A DNA stretch of 64,000 nucleotides, from positions 1,792,001 to 1,856,000 of the forward strand of contig OY729426.1 of assembly GCA_963422365.1 (NCBI GenBank). Direction: 5' to 3'. The notes under the pieces were generated by a model, which worked only from the letters and a program-made list of their open reading frames with translations, did not search any database and was not told the DNA's origin. Below, in pieces: positions 42,270 through 52,864 of the stretch (positions within the stretch are counted from its first letter, which is position 1; the number at the start of each line of letters is the position of its first letter). The stretch is from Nitrospirales bacterium (GTDB lineage: Bacteria; Nitrospirota; Nitrospiria; Nitrospirales; UBA8639). Made by a program: the position numbers and the translations under genes.

Positions 42270-43136
42270 TTAAACGGCGAGATCGAACGGGAGGTCGCTG
42301 ATGTCACGCAATCGATTCCCTTGAATCATGGTTTCCAACATCTCCAATTGATCTTCTCCCCTGGGAATGGTTTTGCATGCTCCTCTCAATTCGTCCAGCG
42401 CAAAGTGATAGACGCAGTCAAGGTCGCCAGTGCCGAGAGCCAGAGAGGCAATTCGCATTGGGAGAGGTTCAGCCGTGACCGCCGTGATGTGTGGTAAGTT
42501 GCCCTTGCGATTGCGGATGAGATTTAGTGCCTCTGTGCGCGTGTTTTGGGAACGGTCACTTCGAATGGTCCACTTACACGAAATACTTGCATGCAAGAAA
42601 GGAAGGGCTGTCGATTGATTGCCATCCAGAAAAGGGGTGAGAGAGGCCACGCCGGAATCATCCAGAAAGGCCTGGGACACGTTAACTTCATCTTGCGTGG
42701 CGGGGTAGCGAGCAATAACGATGTCCGGCGTCACAATGTATCCATGCCCTAGAGCCGTGGAGAGGCTTCGGTTGTCGCTGACAAGGGAGTCAAGCGTTTC
42801 CAGGTGCCGATACTGAACAAAGTTGGAAATCTGCGTCTGAGTCGTCCGGTATTGCCATCGACCGGGACGCAAGTGTCTGATAGCTGTGAATGCGTCCTCT
42901 AGAAACTCGCAGGTGAGTCGTTCGAACAGGGTGCCTGCCGTTTGTCCCGTCATGCTTGGGATTTTTCGAATGGGGAATCCAAGTGCCGTTGCGATACCAT
43001 GTGCGATACGAACGCTGGATTGACTGCTACCGTCAGCGAAATTCGGATAGGATTGCCCATCTTTCTTGGAAATTCGAACGATCTGTGAGCCAATTTTGTC
43101 GTGATAGCTTCGCCGCAATTCTGCAAGTGTCTTCAT
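42270..43136 (-). CDS. NgoMIV-family type II restriction endonuclease
   Basis: TPDIV...ASISCKWTIRSDRSQNTRTEALNLIRNRKG and PHI..VTAEP, matching the NgoMIV PD...K...E and RSDR motifs. Confidence 0.9.
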   Translation of the reverse strand: MKTLAELRRSYHDKIGSQIVRISKKDGQSYPNFADGSSQSSVRIAHGIATALGFPIRKIPSMTGQTAGTLFERLTCEFLEDAFTAIRHLRPGRWQYRTTQTQISNFVQYRHLETLDSLVSDNRSLSTALGHGYIVTPDIVIARYPATQDEVNVSQAFLDDSGVASLTPFLDGNQSTALPFLHASISCKWTIRSDRSQNTRTEALNLIRNRKGNLPHITAVTAEPLPMRIASLALGTGDLDCVYHFALDELRGACKTIPRGEDQLEMLETMIQGNRLRDISDLPFDLAV

Positions 43137-43165
43137 GTCACAAATCGAGAAGTAAGTGGCTATGA

Positions 43166-44035
43166 CTAGATGGGAAGGGCCTGTTGTGCGACATCGTCGA
43201 GCCGTGTTTTGGCGTGTGCCACGTATTCTTCGTTCAGTTCGATAAGAACCGCCTTGCGATTCAGTTCGGCGGCCACCAGGCCGGTCGTGCCGGAACCGGA
43301 AAACGGGTCAAGAACCACATCTCGGGGACGACTGCCCAAGAGGATGCAACGCCTTGCCAATGCTTTCGGAAAAACGGCGGGATGGGGGGTGCCACTGGAA
43401 TCGGGTCCCAATAGCCAATAATTCTTGAGATTTGCGCCGGTTTCTTCGCGGACGGCTTGATTGTCGTAATAGTAATGTGAAGTCTTCGAGAACAGGAACA
43501 CCTCCTCTGTCGCGCTCGAGGGACGATTTCTGACGCTTTCCGGCATAGGGGCTTTTTTCACCCACGTTATCTTCGAACGCAGCAACCACCCATCTGCTTG
43601 CAGCGCAAACGCCACTCGCCACGGCAACCCCATCAGATCGCGGTCTTTCAGTCCCCAACAATCGGGTACCGTACAGTTGCGCCTTTGAATCAGTTTCTTC
43701 GTGTTACCGACCTGAGCATTGGGACCGCAATGCCCTGTTCCGCCGTTGCGAGCGTATCCGTCGCCGACGTTCAGCCAAAACGTGCCGTCATCAGCCAACA
43801 CTCTTCGAATTTCGCGAAAAATCCCCACAAGGTTTTCCACGTAGTCTTCAGGAGAGCATTCAGCACCTATCTGCGCTGAATGTTCGTAGTCTCGCAAACC
43901 CCAATAGGGCGGTGAAGTCACACAACATTGAACCGACCGTGTGCCAAGTTGTGGGAGAATGTCTCGACTGTCGCCCAGCAGTATTTCCACGTCACCGTAT
44001 TCGGGTTCCTTTTGTGTCATGCCACTTTTCGTCAT
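43166..44035 (-). CDS. beta-class amino DNA methyltransferase, probably N4-cytosine
   Basis: Motif IV TSPPY precedes motif I DPFSGSGTTG. HPAVFP is present. There is no PC or ENV motif of C5 enzymes. Confidence 0.92.
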   Translation of the reverse strand: MTKSGMTQKEPEYGDVEILLGDSRDILPQLGTRSVQCCVTSPPYWGLRDYEHSAQIGAECSPEDYVENLVGIFREIRRVLADDGTFWLNVGDGYARNGGTGHCGPNAQVGNTKKLIQRRNCTVPDCWGLKDRDLMGLPWRVAFALQADGWLLRSKITWVKKAPMPESVRNRPSSATEEVFLFSKTSHYYYDNQAVREETGANLKNYWLLGPDSSGTPHPAVFPKALARRCILLGSRPRDVVLDPFSGSGTTGLVAAELNRKAVLIELNEEYVAHAKTRLDDVAQQALPI

Positions 44036-44105
44036 GATCAGAAAGATGTTCCAAATCACAATCTCCATTCCATCGACAACCACATGATTGGTGAGAATTT
44101 AGGGC

Positions 44106-45116
44106 TCAGGCGTTGAGCACGTTCACGACGATGCTGTGCAGGCCCGTGGCACCGTTGGGTTGGGGACGAGTGATTGTTGAGGTTTGCACGGTGCCGTTGG
44201 TATCAACGGCACGAACGGAGATCATGCTCGTGCCTTCCGGCATATCGGGCCGTTGATAGTTCCAGACTACCCAGGACCAGGGAGAGTCGGGCGGTTCAAG
44301 GGCTGCCTCGACCCAAGTGTTCTCCTGATCAAAACTCAGTTGCACGTGAGCAATGGAGTGGGGACCGCCGAATGCAATGCCGCGGAACTGAACGTTGGGT
44401 CCATGGACGTCTTGATAATGTCCGGGACTATCGATTCGGGAAAAAATATGGATCGTCCCCTCGTCGGTCCATCCTTTACGTTGCCAGTAGCCTTGATAGT
44501 CGCCGTTATACACCTCAATTTCCGTAATCCATTTAACGTTTTTAATGCCGTACAGTCCCGGCACGATCAGCCGTACTGGAAATCCATGGGCCTTCGGGAG
44601 CTTTTCCCCGTTCATAAGATAGGCCAACATCACCTCATCATGCATGGCTCGTTCAAAGGGAATACTGTCATGATAGGCATCGGCTCCTCGAACAATGACG
44701 TCCCGTGCAGTTTCAGAATCGGCACCGGCTTCGATGAGCAATTCTTTCAGAGAAATCCCTCGCCAAATCGCATTGCCCAGACTCGTTCCTCCTGGCAGGG
44801 TATCGATACATATGAGGGTGGAAACCTGATCGAATGGTTGACGATTCAGGAGGTCCCGCCATTTGAGCACCATGGGGTTGGCGACGGCGCCTTTCACTAC
44901 CATTTGCCATTGCTCTTGGTCAAGATCGCGGGTGAAGTTATACGGAGAGTCCATATAATTGACGGTATAAAATTTATCATTAGGCGTGAAATACAGTGTT
45001 TCACGGGGGGGGATGGCAAACATACTGCCAAGGTCGCACCCGCTGGTGAGGCTTGTGAGGCCTGCCAAGGTGCCTAGGCCGCCCAGTTGAAACAATGTAC
45101 GACGGGTGATGTCCAT
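44106..45116 (-). CDS. Tat-exported molybdopterin oxidoreductase, sulfite oxidase/MsrP family
   Basis: Tat motif TRRTLF, Mo-ligand Cys (LIC), HGFPVRL.VPG.YG.KNVKW and a C-terminal Ig-like dimerisation domain. Confidence 0.9.
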   Translation of the reverse strand: MDITRRTLFQLGGLGTLAGLTSLTSGCDLGSMFAIPPRETLYFTPNDKFYTVNYMDSPYNFTRDLDQEQWQMVVKGAVANPMVLKWRDLLNRQPFDQVSTLICIDTLPGGTSLGNAIWRGISLKELLIEAGADSETARDVIVRGADAYHDSIPFERAMHDEVMLAYLMNGEKLPKAHGFPVRLIVPGLYGIKNVKWITEIEVYNGDYQGYWQRKGWTDEGTIHIFSRIDSPGHYQDVHGPNVQFRGIAFGGPHSIAHVQLSFDQENTWVEAALEPPDSPWSWVVWNYQRPDMPEGTSMISVRAVDTNGTVQTSTITRPQPNGATGLHSIVVNVLNA

Positions 45117-45237
45117 GAGTTTAGGGTGTGGGGTCTATATGCGAGATTGTCAACTTTTGTCTCTACTATAGTCCAGTCTTGAGCCCGCTGCAAGAGACGG
45201 AGAGCGGAAGCTTGTTCTCTGTAAACCAGATCCGTTT

Positions 45238-45419
45238 CTTCGCTCAGGACAAGCGCCTGTGGCTCAGGATGACCCGAAATTAATATGTAGGGTCACATCT
45301 CATGCGGCCCGGGGAAGGCGCGATAAGATCCGCCACTACAAGATAGCCCAGAAGAAGTCGCCCTACAAGAACCTTCGCTCAGGATGACCACGGGAACATG
45401 ACGGTCATTCCGAGCGAAG
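45238..45419. repeat. cluster of CTTCGCTCAGGATGAC-type and GTAG-type palindromic repeats
   Basis: Copies at 45238, 45262 and 45373, an inverted copy gtcattccgagcgaag at 45404, and GTAGGG...CCCTAC at 45287-45366. Confidence 0.7.
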
Positions 45420-45431
45420 ATGATACGCGAC

Positions 45432-46472
45432 TCATGAACGCTGTTGAGTGCGGGCTAACGGAACGGGTTCCCAGAACCGGCCGCCGTTTTTCGTTCGAAA
45501 GAGACCATCTCGATTGGTTCCAACGTACAAGGTCGAAGGATCCATCGGACTTATGACCAAGGCTCGAATGTTGAGATTGGTCAGCCCCTCATTGATCGCG
45601 TCCCAGGTTCGGCCACTGTCTCGGCTTTTATGGACTCCAGCTCGACTGGCTACGAAGACGACTCCAGGGGTCATCGGGTCGAGAATGAGGTCACTGAAAA
45701 ATTGGTCGGGCAGGGTTTCACCGATACGTTGCCAGGACTCTCCGCTGTTGGTTGTTTTATAGAGTCCTTTCAACGTGGCTGTATACACGGTGCGGGGAGC
45801 ATGCCGGTCAATCTTGATTTTGACTACGCCGAGTGCGCGAGAAGATTGTAACACGTCGGGTGGCACTAGCCCGTTGTTGACTTTTGTCCAGGTTGTGGCT
45901 CCATCGAGAGATCGATAGACTCCCCCGCTGGTGCCGGCATACAGGGTTTGCGGTTGGTTGGGGTCAACGTCGATGGCAACGACCATGAGGACTTCAATCA
46001 TGCCGTCCATACGCTTGGCCCAGGTTTCTCCGGCATTTTCCGTTTCGAATACCCCCATCGACGTTGCGGCAAAGATATGGTGGCTCGATCCTGGAACGAA
46101 TCTGATTTCGTGGACGACTGAAGTCATGGTCACCCCTTCCAAGCCCTTGCGTTGCGATAGCCACTGGTGGCCGCCATTAAAGCTTTTAAAGATCGCATCG
46201 CCTTTTGTTCCGGCGTACACGTTGGCGGGAAGCAGAGGATCAACGGCAAGCGAAATCACGCGCGAATGGGTCATGCCTTTTGATACGTTTTTCCATGTGC
46301 TGCCGAAGTCGCGTGTTTTAAAAATATAATCGTTGGTCGCGAGGTAGAAAATGTGTGGTTTGGCAGGATGGAGGGCAATTTCAACAACGGCTTCCCCAAT
46401 GTTTCCGCAACCGGTGAAAACCAGGGCTACGCCAAGCCACATGAATCGGCGCAAACGAAGAGCAACTCTCAT
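45432..46472 (-). CDS. BNR/Asp-box (VPS10/YCF48-like) beta-propeller lipoprotein
   Basis: Lipobox FTGC and repeated S.DGG.TW motifs. Confidence 0.85.
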   Translation of the reverse strand: MRVALRLRRFMWLGVALVFTGCGNIGEAVVEIALHPAKPHIFYLATNDYIFKTRDFGSTWKNVSKGMTHSRVISLAVDPLLPANVYAGTKGDAIFKSFNGGHQWLSQRKGLEGVTMTSVVHEIRFVPGSSHHIFAATSMGVFETENAGETWAKRMDGMIEVLMVVAIDVDPNQPQTLYAGTSGGVYRSLDGATTWTKVNNGLVPPDVLQSSRALGVVKIKIDRHAPRTVYTATLKGLYKTTNSGESWQRIGETLPDQFFSDLILDPMTPGVVFVASRAGVHKSRDSGRTWDAINEGLTNLNIRALVISPMDPSTLYVGTNRDGLFRTKNGGRFWEPVPLARTQQRS

Positions 46473-47356
46473 CTGATGAATGAAGACTTCACCCTATTTT
46501 GTCGATGGAGGGGGAGCGATCTGGGGTAATGCAGAACCAGGAGTTTTCTGTGACCGTTCATAGATGGCCATGGCTTCAGGCATCCATTGCTGAAGGTCTT
46601 GAATGCGCGTGTCGTGTGAGGGATGCGTTGACAGAAATTCAGGAGGGCTGCCTTTCGAAGATTCTGCCATGCGTTGCCAGAGAAAAGCACGGCTTTTCCA
46701 GGGTGGTACCCTGCCTCAGCAGCCAGGCGTAAACCGATATAGTCCGTATCTGATTCATGGCTTCGACTAAAAGGGAATAAGACGCCGACCCCTAACGTTT
46801 GCATCGTCAGTGACTGGCTGACGTCCTCCATGTTCAGGGCCATGAAGGTGAGTCGCATCCCCAGACCAACTGCCGCATGCCGGCTTACTCGTTCGGAGCC
46901 ATGTCGAGCTAAGGCATGAACGACTTCATGCCCAGGTATAGCCGCCAAACCGTTTTCGTTTTGCGCCTCTAAAAAAATGCCCGTGTAGACCGCGATTTTA
47001 CCGCTTGGAAGGGCTCAGGCATTTTTTGTCTCATCATCTTTGATCACCGTGACTTTCCATTGAAATGACTTCGCGCGTTCGGCGTATTTGGATCTTTGGG
47101 CCGCTGTAATAATCCGTTCGGCCACACGTTTCAGGGGATCCACTTCGGCTGGGTTCTTGGAGATGACGACTTCAGGATCCTTGAGAAACTCAGCGTAGAC
47201 TTGATTGCCCATGTGGACTTCTTGGCTTTCAGGGATAAGCACAAATTGGGATTGGTTCGTGTAGGGGTTACTCGTACACCCCGCGATATTGATGAGGAGG
47301 AGACAAGAGAGGATAAGCGTTTGGATCGAATTTTGGATCACATTTCGGAAGTGCAT
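46469..47356 (-). pseudogene. M48 family metallopeptidase lipoprotein, disrupted
   Basis: An in-frame TGA interrupts NA*ALPSGKIAVYTG at 47015-47017. HEVVH is present. A frameshift near 46680 separates WQRM...PPEFLSTHP. Confidence 0.85.
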
Positions 47357-47406
47357 CAGTGCCTCATGCCGAAACCGGATTCCTCAATTTGTGATTGATT
47401 CTACCA

Positions 47407-48888
47407 TTAGTACGATTTGGGTATGGCAATGCTGAGTTCCGTGATAGTAGGGTACCGTGCCAAGGCAGGTGCCGTACCCTGTCGAGGCCCCATGACCAGG
47501 ATCACAAACTGATCCGGTTTAATGTGCCTGCGAGCCGCTTCCCGAACGCGTGGCCCGGTTGCTTGTTCGATGCCTGTTCTGAATCTGACAAGCCAATCAG
47601 CAGGATACCCGAAATATTCATAGGTGAGAAATTTCCCAAGGACCTTCCTGGGAGAATCGACTGAAAAGACAAAAGAATTCAGCAGACTGGCCTTGGCCTT
47701 GTTGATTTCCTCTTCGGTTGGAGGTTCCGTTTCCATGATTTTACGGGCTTCGTCCAGTAAGGCGTCAATGCCCGCTTGCGTGGTGTCCGTTTTCGTGGAC
47801 ATTGAAAAATTAGCGGTTGCCGGATAGTCCCACCCAAATCCGATCCCACCATGTACGTCATAGGCCAACCCTTTTTGAGAACGAATACTGGAAAAGAGCC
47901 GAGCACCGAAAGAGCCGGATATGATTTGATTGATAATGACCACAGGATGGTAGTCCGGATGTTTTCGCGTGAGTCCCAAATGTCCAATGATGATCTTGGC
48001 TTGGGTCATGTCGGTTTTTTCAATGTAATAGACGCTTCTCGTCGTGGAGTTTTGGTACGGGACAATCGGATCGTCAAACTTTTTCCCTTGTGGCCACGTC
48101 CCCAACACCTGTTTCACCAAGTGTAAGGCTTTCTCCGTTTGAAAATCTCCAACTAGGCCTAAGATGGTACGATTGGGGACAAAATATTTCGCATGCCAAC
48201 CGATAAGATCTTGTCGGGAAATATTGTTGACGGTGGCATAGGACTCGACCCGAGCATAGGGTGAATCCTTTCCATACACCAACTTCGCAAATTCTCGAGA
48301 GAGAATGCTATCGGGATCGTCATTTTGTCTGGCAATACCTGCTATGACTTGGTTTTTGGCGATGGCCAGTTTCCCTTGATCAAATCGTGGATTTCGCAGG
48401 ACGTCACCGAATACGGTAAAGACCTCGGAAAAGTCTTTGCTCAAACACATCATCGAAGCAGAACCCGCTGTTATTCCAATACCGGTTTCAATAGAAGCAG
48501 CCTGTCCTTCGAGGTAATCATCGAGTTGGTCTCCAGCGAGCTTGGCTGTGCCTCCGCTTCTCATGACCGTCCCAGTGAGAGAGGCGACTCCCACCTTCTT
48601 GGCTGGTTCCAGGCGTGATCCGGTTCGGATGCGTGCCGAAACATGAATGGTCGGGAGTTCGTGATCTTCCAAGAGCAGCACCACCATGCCGTTGTCCAAC
48701 ACGACTCGAGTCGGCTGGGGAACGTGAATGTCCGGGAGAGGGGGGTATTGCAGTTTCTCAACCGTATCAACCTGACCGAACACTTGCGTGGTCAGCGAGA
48801 GAACCATCACGGTACATGCGATCAACAATGGCACGCCATGTCGTGGCCTATGGGTCAGCCTGAGATATCGTAACGTGTCTTCTCTCAC
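47407..48888 (-). CDS. M16 peptidase, non-catalytic subunit
   Basis: L.NGM.V.L.EDHELP and RLFSSIRSQKGLAY are present, HXXEH is absent. GTG start at 48888. Confidence 0.9.
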   Translation of the reverse strand: MREDTLRYLRLTHRPRHGVPLLIACTVMVLSLTTQVFGQVDTVEKLQYPPLPDIHVPQPTRVVLDNGMVVLLLEDHELPTIHVSARIRTGSRLEPAKKVGVASLTGTVMRSGGTAKLAGDQLDDYLEGQAASIETGIGITAGSASMMCLSKDFSEVFTVFGDVLRNPRFDQGKLAIAKNQVIAGIARQNDDPDSILSREFAKLVYGKDSPYARVESYATVNNISRQDLIGWHAKYFVPNRTILGLVGDFQTEKALHLVKQVLGTWPQGKKFDDPIVPYQNSTTRSVYYIEKTDMTQAKIIIGHLGLTRKHPDYHPVVIINQIISGSFGARLFSSIRSQKGLAYDVHGGIGFGWDYPATANFSMSTKTDTTQAGIDALLDEARKIMETEPPTEEEINKAKASLLNSFVFSVDSPRKVLGKFLTYEYFGYPADWLVRFRTGIEQATGPRVREAARRHIKPDQFVILVMGPRQGTAPALARYPTITELSIAIPKSY

Positions 48889-48889
48889 G

Positions 48890-50446
48890 TCATGGTCCTT
48901 CTTGGCGCATCGTTGGTATGGGTGTAGCAGACGGGGGCACGGTTTCGATTTGTGCCACGACTCGATTGGATGCAATAAACGTTTGCCGGGCGACCCGCCG
49001 GATATCCGCTTTCGTGACTCGGTCAACGCGTTGAATATAGCGAAACAGTTCGCGCCAATCACCAAAGAGGGTATGGGAGTCCGTTAGTCTCATGGCCAAT
49101 CCCAGGTTGCTTTTCAAGGAATAGATGAGGCCGGCTTTAGCCTTCGTCCGGAATTTGGCTAATTCTTCGTCCGTGACATCTTCGATTGTCATGCGATGTA
49201 ACTCTTCACGAAGAGCGTGCTGAATGGTTTCGTTGGAGATCGTGCGTGCCGGGACGGCATAGGCTACCCACAGGTGCGGATATTTCTCTCCCGGGTACGC
49301 CGCATAGGCACCGGCGTCGACCGCGATTTGTTTGTCCCGAACTAATGAACGATAAAAACGGGAGGTCCGTCCATTCGTTAAAATATCATTGATCGCGTCG
49401 AAAACCGGTTGATCGGGATGTGTGGCTGCAGGTTTATGATAGCCTTCCAGGTAAAATGGTTGAGACGGATCGTTCAGCGTCACCACTTTTTCTGCGATTG
49501 ACGGTGGTTCCACGGTTCTCAATGGCGAAGGGTTTGGTCTACTAGGGATCCGACCAAAATATGTTTCGAGAAGCGGGATAAGGGTATCCGGGTGAATGTC
49601 TCCAACAATCGCCGTGACCATATTGGACGGGACATAATAGGTTTCAAAAAACTGTTCGGCATCGGTCATGGTATAGGATTGAATGTCGCTGGCATAGCCA
49701 ATCACCGGATGGTGATAGGGATGAGCCGTAAAGGCCGTGGCCACAAATTGTTCCAGGAGACGGCCAATGGGGCGGCTTTCCGTGCGCAGGCGTCTTTCTT
49801 CCATGACGACGTCTCGTTCTTCGTAGAATTCCCGGAAGACGGGGTGCAAGAACCTTTCCGATTCCAAGAAACAAAAAAGCTCAATTTTGTTGGCTGGGAG
49901 GGCATAAAAATATCCCGTCACATCGGCACTGGTAAACGCGTTTAATGCCACCCCACCCTCTCGTTCCACGATGTCCCCGAATTCGTTTTTCTTTACAAAC
50001 TTCGCAGCGGCTTGTTGCTTGCTTTTATAGACGGTCGATAAGTGTTCGATGTATTGAGCATCGGACGTGGAACCTAACTTGGCGTCCTGATAAGCCAGAT
50101 AAGCCCGTTCCAATTCCTCCAAGGCTTTTTTCTCTTCGGTGTAGTTCTTGGTGCCGAGGCGAGGCGTGCCTTTAAAGGCCATATGTTCAAACATATGTGC
50201 AAGCCCGGTCATTCCCGCGTCTTCTTGTGCCGACCCCACGTTCACAGCCGTCATGAAAGCAAAAACCGGAGCCACGGGTCGCTCTATGAGAATAAAAGTC
50301 CAGCCATTTTTTACGGTGTATTCCGTGACTCTTTGCTCGAATGACGCAAGGTCTATTCCTCGAGAAGTGGAAGGAAAACAGAAAATACAGATAAGAAGAA
50401 GGATGACAAGAAGCTGTGGTTTTCGCTGTAGGGCAATCGAGATCAT
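48890..50446 (-). CDS. M16 peptidase, catalytic subunit
   Basis: GLAHMFEHMAFKG, NAFT and ERDVVMEERR. Confidence 0.93.
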   Translation of the reverse strand: MISIALQRKPQLLVILLLICIFCFPSTSRGIDLASFEQRVTEYTVKNGWTFILIERPVAPVFAFMTAVNVGSAQEDAGMTGLAHMFEHMAFKGTPRLGTKNYTEEKKALEELERAYLAYQDAKLGSTSDAQYIEHLSTVYKSKQQAAAKFVKKNEFGDIVEREGGVALNAFTSADVTGYFYALPANKIELFCFLESERFLHPVFREFYEERDVVMEERRLRTESRPIGRLLEQFVATAFTAHPYHHPVIGYASDIQSYTMTDAEQFFETYYVPSNMVTAIVGDIHPDTLIPLLETYFGRIPSRPNPSPLRTVEPPSIAEKVVTLNDPSQPFYLEGYHKPAATHPDQPVFDAINDILTNGRTSRFYRSLVRDKQIAVDAGAYAAYPGEKYPHLWVAYAVPARTISNETIQHALREELHRMTIEDVTDEELAKFRTKAKAGLIYSLKSNLGLAMRLTDSHTLFGDWRELFRYIQRVDRVTKADIRRVARQTFIASNRVVAQIETVPPSATPIPTMRQEGP

Positions 50447-50560
50447 GGGCAGGTTTGCAAAATGGTTCTTTATGGTATCCTACCCAGTTCAATTGTGCCT
50501 TGCAAGCAAACGGGAAAGCGGGTCGGTATGGTGCTCAACGATCAGGCAGGAGGAAAGCGA

Positions 50561-51127
50561 TTACGGGCGTTGTGGGGCGTATAGGCTTGTACGCTCTGGA
50601 AGTCTCCTGAAGAAATAGGAGCCGCCATGGAGTCGCGGTGGAATGCTGAGGTCTTCTCCGACACGGAGATACCACCAGTCCCCCTCGGCTGTTAGAAAAT
50701 CTTCTGAGAGAAGGACTTCAAATTCTCCTTCGCGATCGTTTTCAGTTTGAATCCATTTCCCGGACCAGAGGCGTCCATCCAGTTTCGTTGTGGTAAACCT
50801 ACCCCCTTCATGGGTATACGGCCCATTGCCTTGGGCATCCAACATTGCGCGATAGGTTTTGTCCTCTTCTTGAATTTCCCAAGTTCCGCTCAGATCAGGG
50901 GCGTGTGTCTCCGTGGTATTTGAGGAGGAGTGAGAGGAAGCGGTCGGTGACGCCCATTCAATCGCTTGGCGATCTTCCCCTCTTGTCTGGGTATTGGTGA
51001 GTGGCGAATCTCTGGCTCGATGGTTGGTGAGAACAGGACGGCTTAGTGCAAAAACAAAGACACCATTCGTTAAAAGAAAACAGCTTGAAATCGTTGCCAA
51101 GGTCTGCAAAGACATGACTTCCATCAT
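50561..51127 (-). CDS. exported hypothetical protein
   Basis: Hydrophobic N-terminus, low-complexity linker and a beta-rich domain (DLSGTWEI...WSGKW). The start is uncertain. Confidence 0.6.
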   Translation of the reverse strand: MMEVMSLQTLATISSCFLLTNGVFVFALSRPVLTNHRARDSPLTNTQTRGEDRQAIEWASPTASSHSSSNTTETHAPDLSGTWEIQEEDKTYRAMLDAQGNGPYTHEGGRFTTTKLDGRLWSGKWIQTENDREGEFEVLLSEDFLTAEGDWWYLRVGEDLSIPPRLHGGSYFFRRLPERTSLYAPQRP

Positions 51128-51524
51128 CCTAGAGAAGGAAAGCAGCAACACCATAGAGTAAAATGACGACGGAGTCAATTTTAGCCAACTCTTATGCGAG
51201 GGAGTCTCAGAACGTTCTGCAGGACAGGTGCCGTACCCTGGAGTGGGAATCCTGCACGCAACCCTAAAGTTGTCATCCTTGTATGGGTTCACTCATTTGT
51301 TGACCATTCCCGCCGGGGACAAGCGTCGGAGACAGCATCCTGAATAACGCACCCAGTCTGTCATCCTGAGCTAGGATCCCAACGGGAACCACAAAAAACA
51401 TCAAAGCGAGTGACGTCACGACGTATTGATTGCTGATAGGACTCAGGACTTTTTTCGGAATTGAGCAAGAACGTGAAAGGCGATATTGTCGGTCAAGTTT
51501 TCCTCTCGTTGTCCAAGTTGACGG

Positions 51525-52193
51525 TTAGACCGGCCATTGTTCTTCACGCCAGGCCATATCCCAAAACATCCATTCATAGCGTGAGCTGGTCAGAAACGCT
51601 TCGCTCATACGTTTTTTTTCGGCCGTGCCAGCCCGTTTGGCTTCTTTATCAACCAATGTGCGCATCCATTGGGTGACTTCGGCAAATTCAGGCGATCCGT
51701 ATAACAACAACCAATTCCGATAGGGGTGTTTGGGTGATGGTGGGCCTTTTCGCAACAGATGTTGGCCCACGACACAATAGATCCATGCGCAGGGAAGGGC
51801 CACAACCGTGAGTTCCACCAGTGTGCCGGTTTGGGCCACGCTTCGCATGTGTCTGCAGTATGCGTAGTTTGTCGGAGAAAGAGGCGTGTTTCGCATGTCA
51901 GCGGCCGTGAGTTTCCATTGCTTGCCGTAGGTTTCGTGCAATCCGCGTTCGACAACAATGGTTTCTTCAGCAAGTTTGGCAAAGCGAAAGGTCGTATCAA
52001 GGTCTTGGGCTTTTTGTGCGCCCAAGGCGAATAGACGGGCGAGTTCCTCGAGATACCGGGCATCTTGCAAGATATAATACTGAAACTTGTGTTTGGGCAG
52101 GGTGCCCTTCCCCAAGGCGATCACAAAGGGATGCTTAAGTTGTGCATCCCAAATTGGCTTGGCCAACTTCTGCAGGTGCTTCGTAAAACTCAC
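51525..52193 (-). CDS. tenA: thiaminase II / aminopyrimidine aminohydrolase
   Basis: HPFV, YILQD, LPCAWIY, Y..W...Y and YEWMFWDMA. Confidence 0.93.
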   Translation of the reverse strand: MSFTKHLQKLAKPIWDAQLKHPFVIALGKGTLPKHKFQYYILQDARYLEELARLFALGAQKAQDLDTTFRFAKLAEETIVVERGLHETYGKQWKLTAADMRNTPLSPTNYAYCRHMRSVAQTGTLVELTVVALPCAWIYCVVGQHLLRKGPPSPKHPYRNWLLLYGSPEFAEVTQWMRTLVDKEAKRAGTAEKKRMSEAFLTSSRYEWMFWDMAWREEQWPV

Positions 52194-52199
52194 AGTGCC

Positions 52200-52864
52200 T
52201 CAAGATTGTGAGAGTCTGGCTCGTGCTGCAGTGAAAGCCGCCTCCATGTCCGGCATGTTCGCAAGGTTGGGGGTAATCTGCAGAGAGCGGATAATATTGT
52301 TTTTATCCACCACCATCACCGCACGGGTGAGTAAATGAGGGCCGTCTAATAAAAGGCTATGGGTGCGGCCGAAGTCTCCGCCACGGTAGGCAGACAAAAA
52401 CGTCACGTTGTTGATCTTCGCTTCCGCGGCAAAGCATCCCTGAGCGAATGGGGTATCGACGCTGATGGTATAGAGATAGACCTTCGCATCGAGACCATTG
52501 TTCTTTTCACTGAGGTACTGGGTTTGCTGCTCGGATACTTTCGTATCAAGAGAGGGGACCACACTGATGATGTGCGCGTTGACTGTTGTCTCGGTAAGGT
52601 CCTGGAGTGATAAACCCCTTTGGCTACCTGCATGGAACGAAGTGTTTTTCCTCCTTGGGAAATCCCCTGTCCAGCCAAAGCGAGGGATGAATCTCGAAAG
52701 GCAATGGTCGAGCCTGCACCGGCAGTGGCTGGGCCTTTGGCTACAGGAATGGATTGATAGGAGAACCCTGAATCCTCCTGGGTGTTGAATGAAGGAGATC
52801 CACTGAGCTCTAGTCCAACAAGAAGGCTAGGGAGAATGAGAGGGTATCGTATGAAACTTCCCAT
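52200..52864 (-). pseudogene. Tpx-like thiol peroxidase, frameshifted, peroxidatic Cys replaced
   Basis: VPSLDTKVS (family consensus PS.DT.VC), ISVDTPFAQ and RAVMVVD. The N-terminal part is in another frame. Confidence 0.75.

Noticed and set aside
47015..47017. In-frame TGA in the M48 peptidase as selenocysteine or a recoded stop
   Set aside because: The same gene also has a frameshift, and intact genes such as recA and alaS end in TGA.
47466..51240. 16 bp exact repeat caggtgccgtaccctg at about 47466 and about 51225
   Set aside because: Roughly one such match is expected by chance in 64 kb. One copy is inside a CDS and no mobile features are associated.
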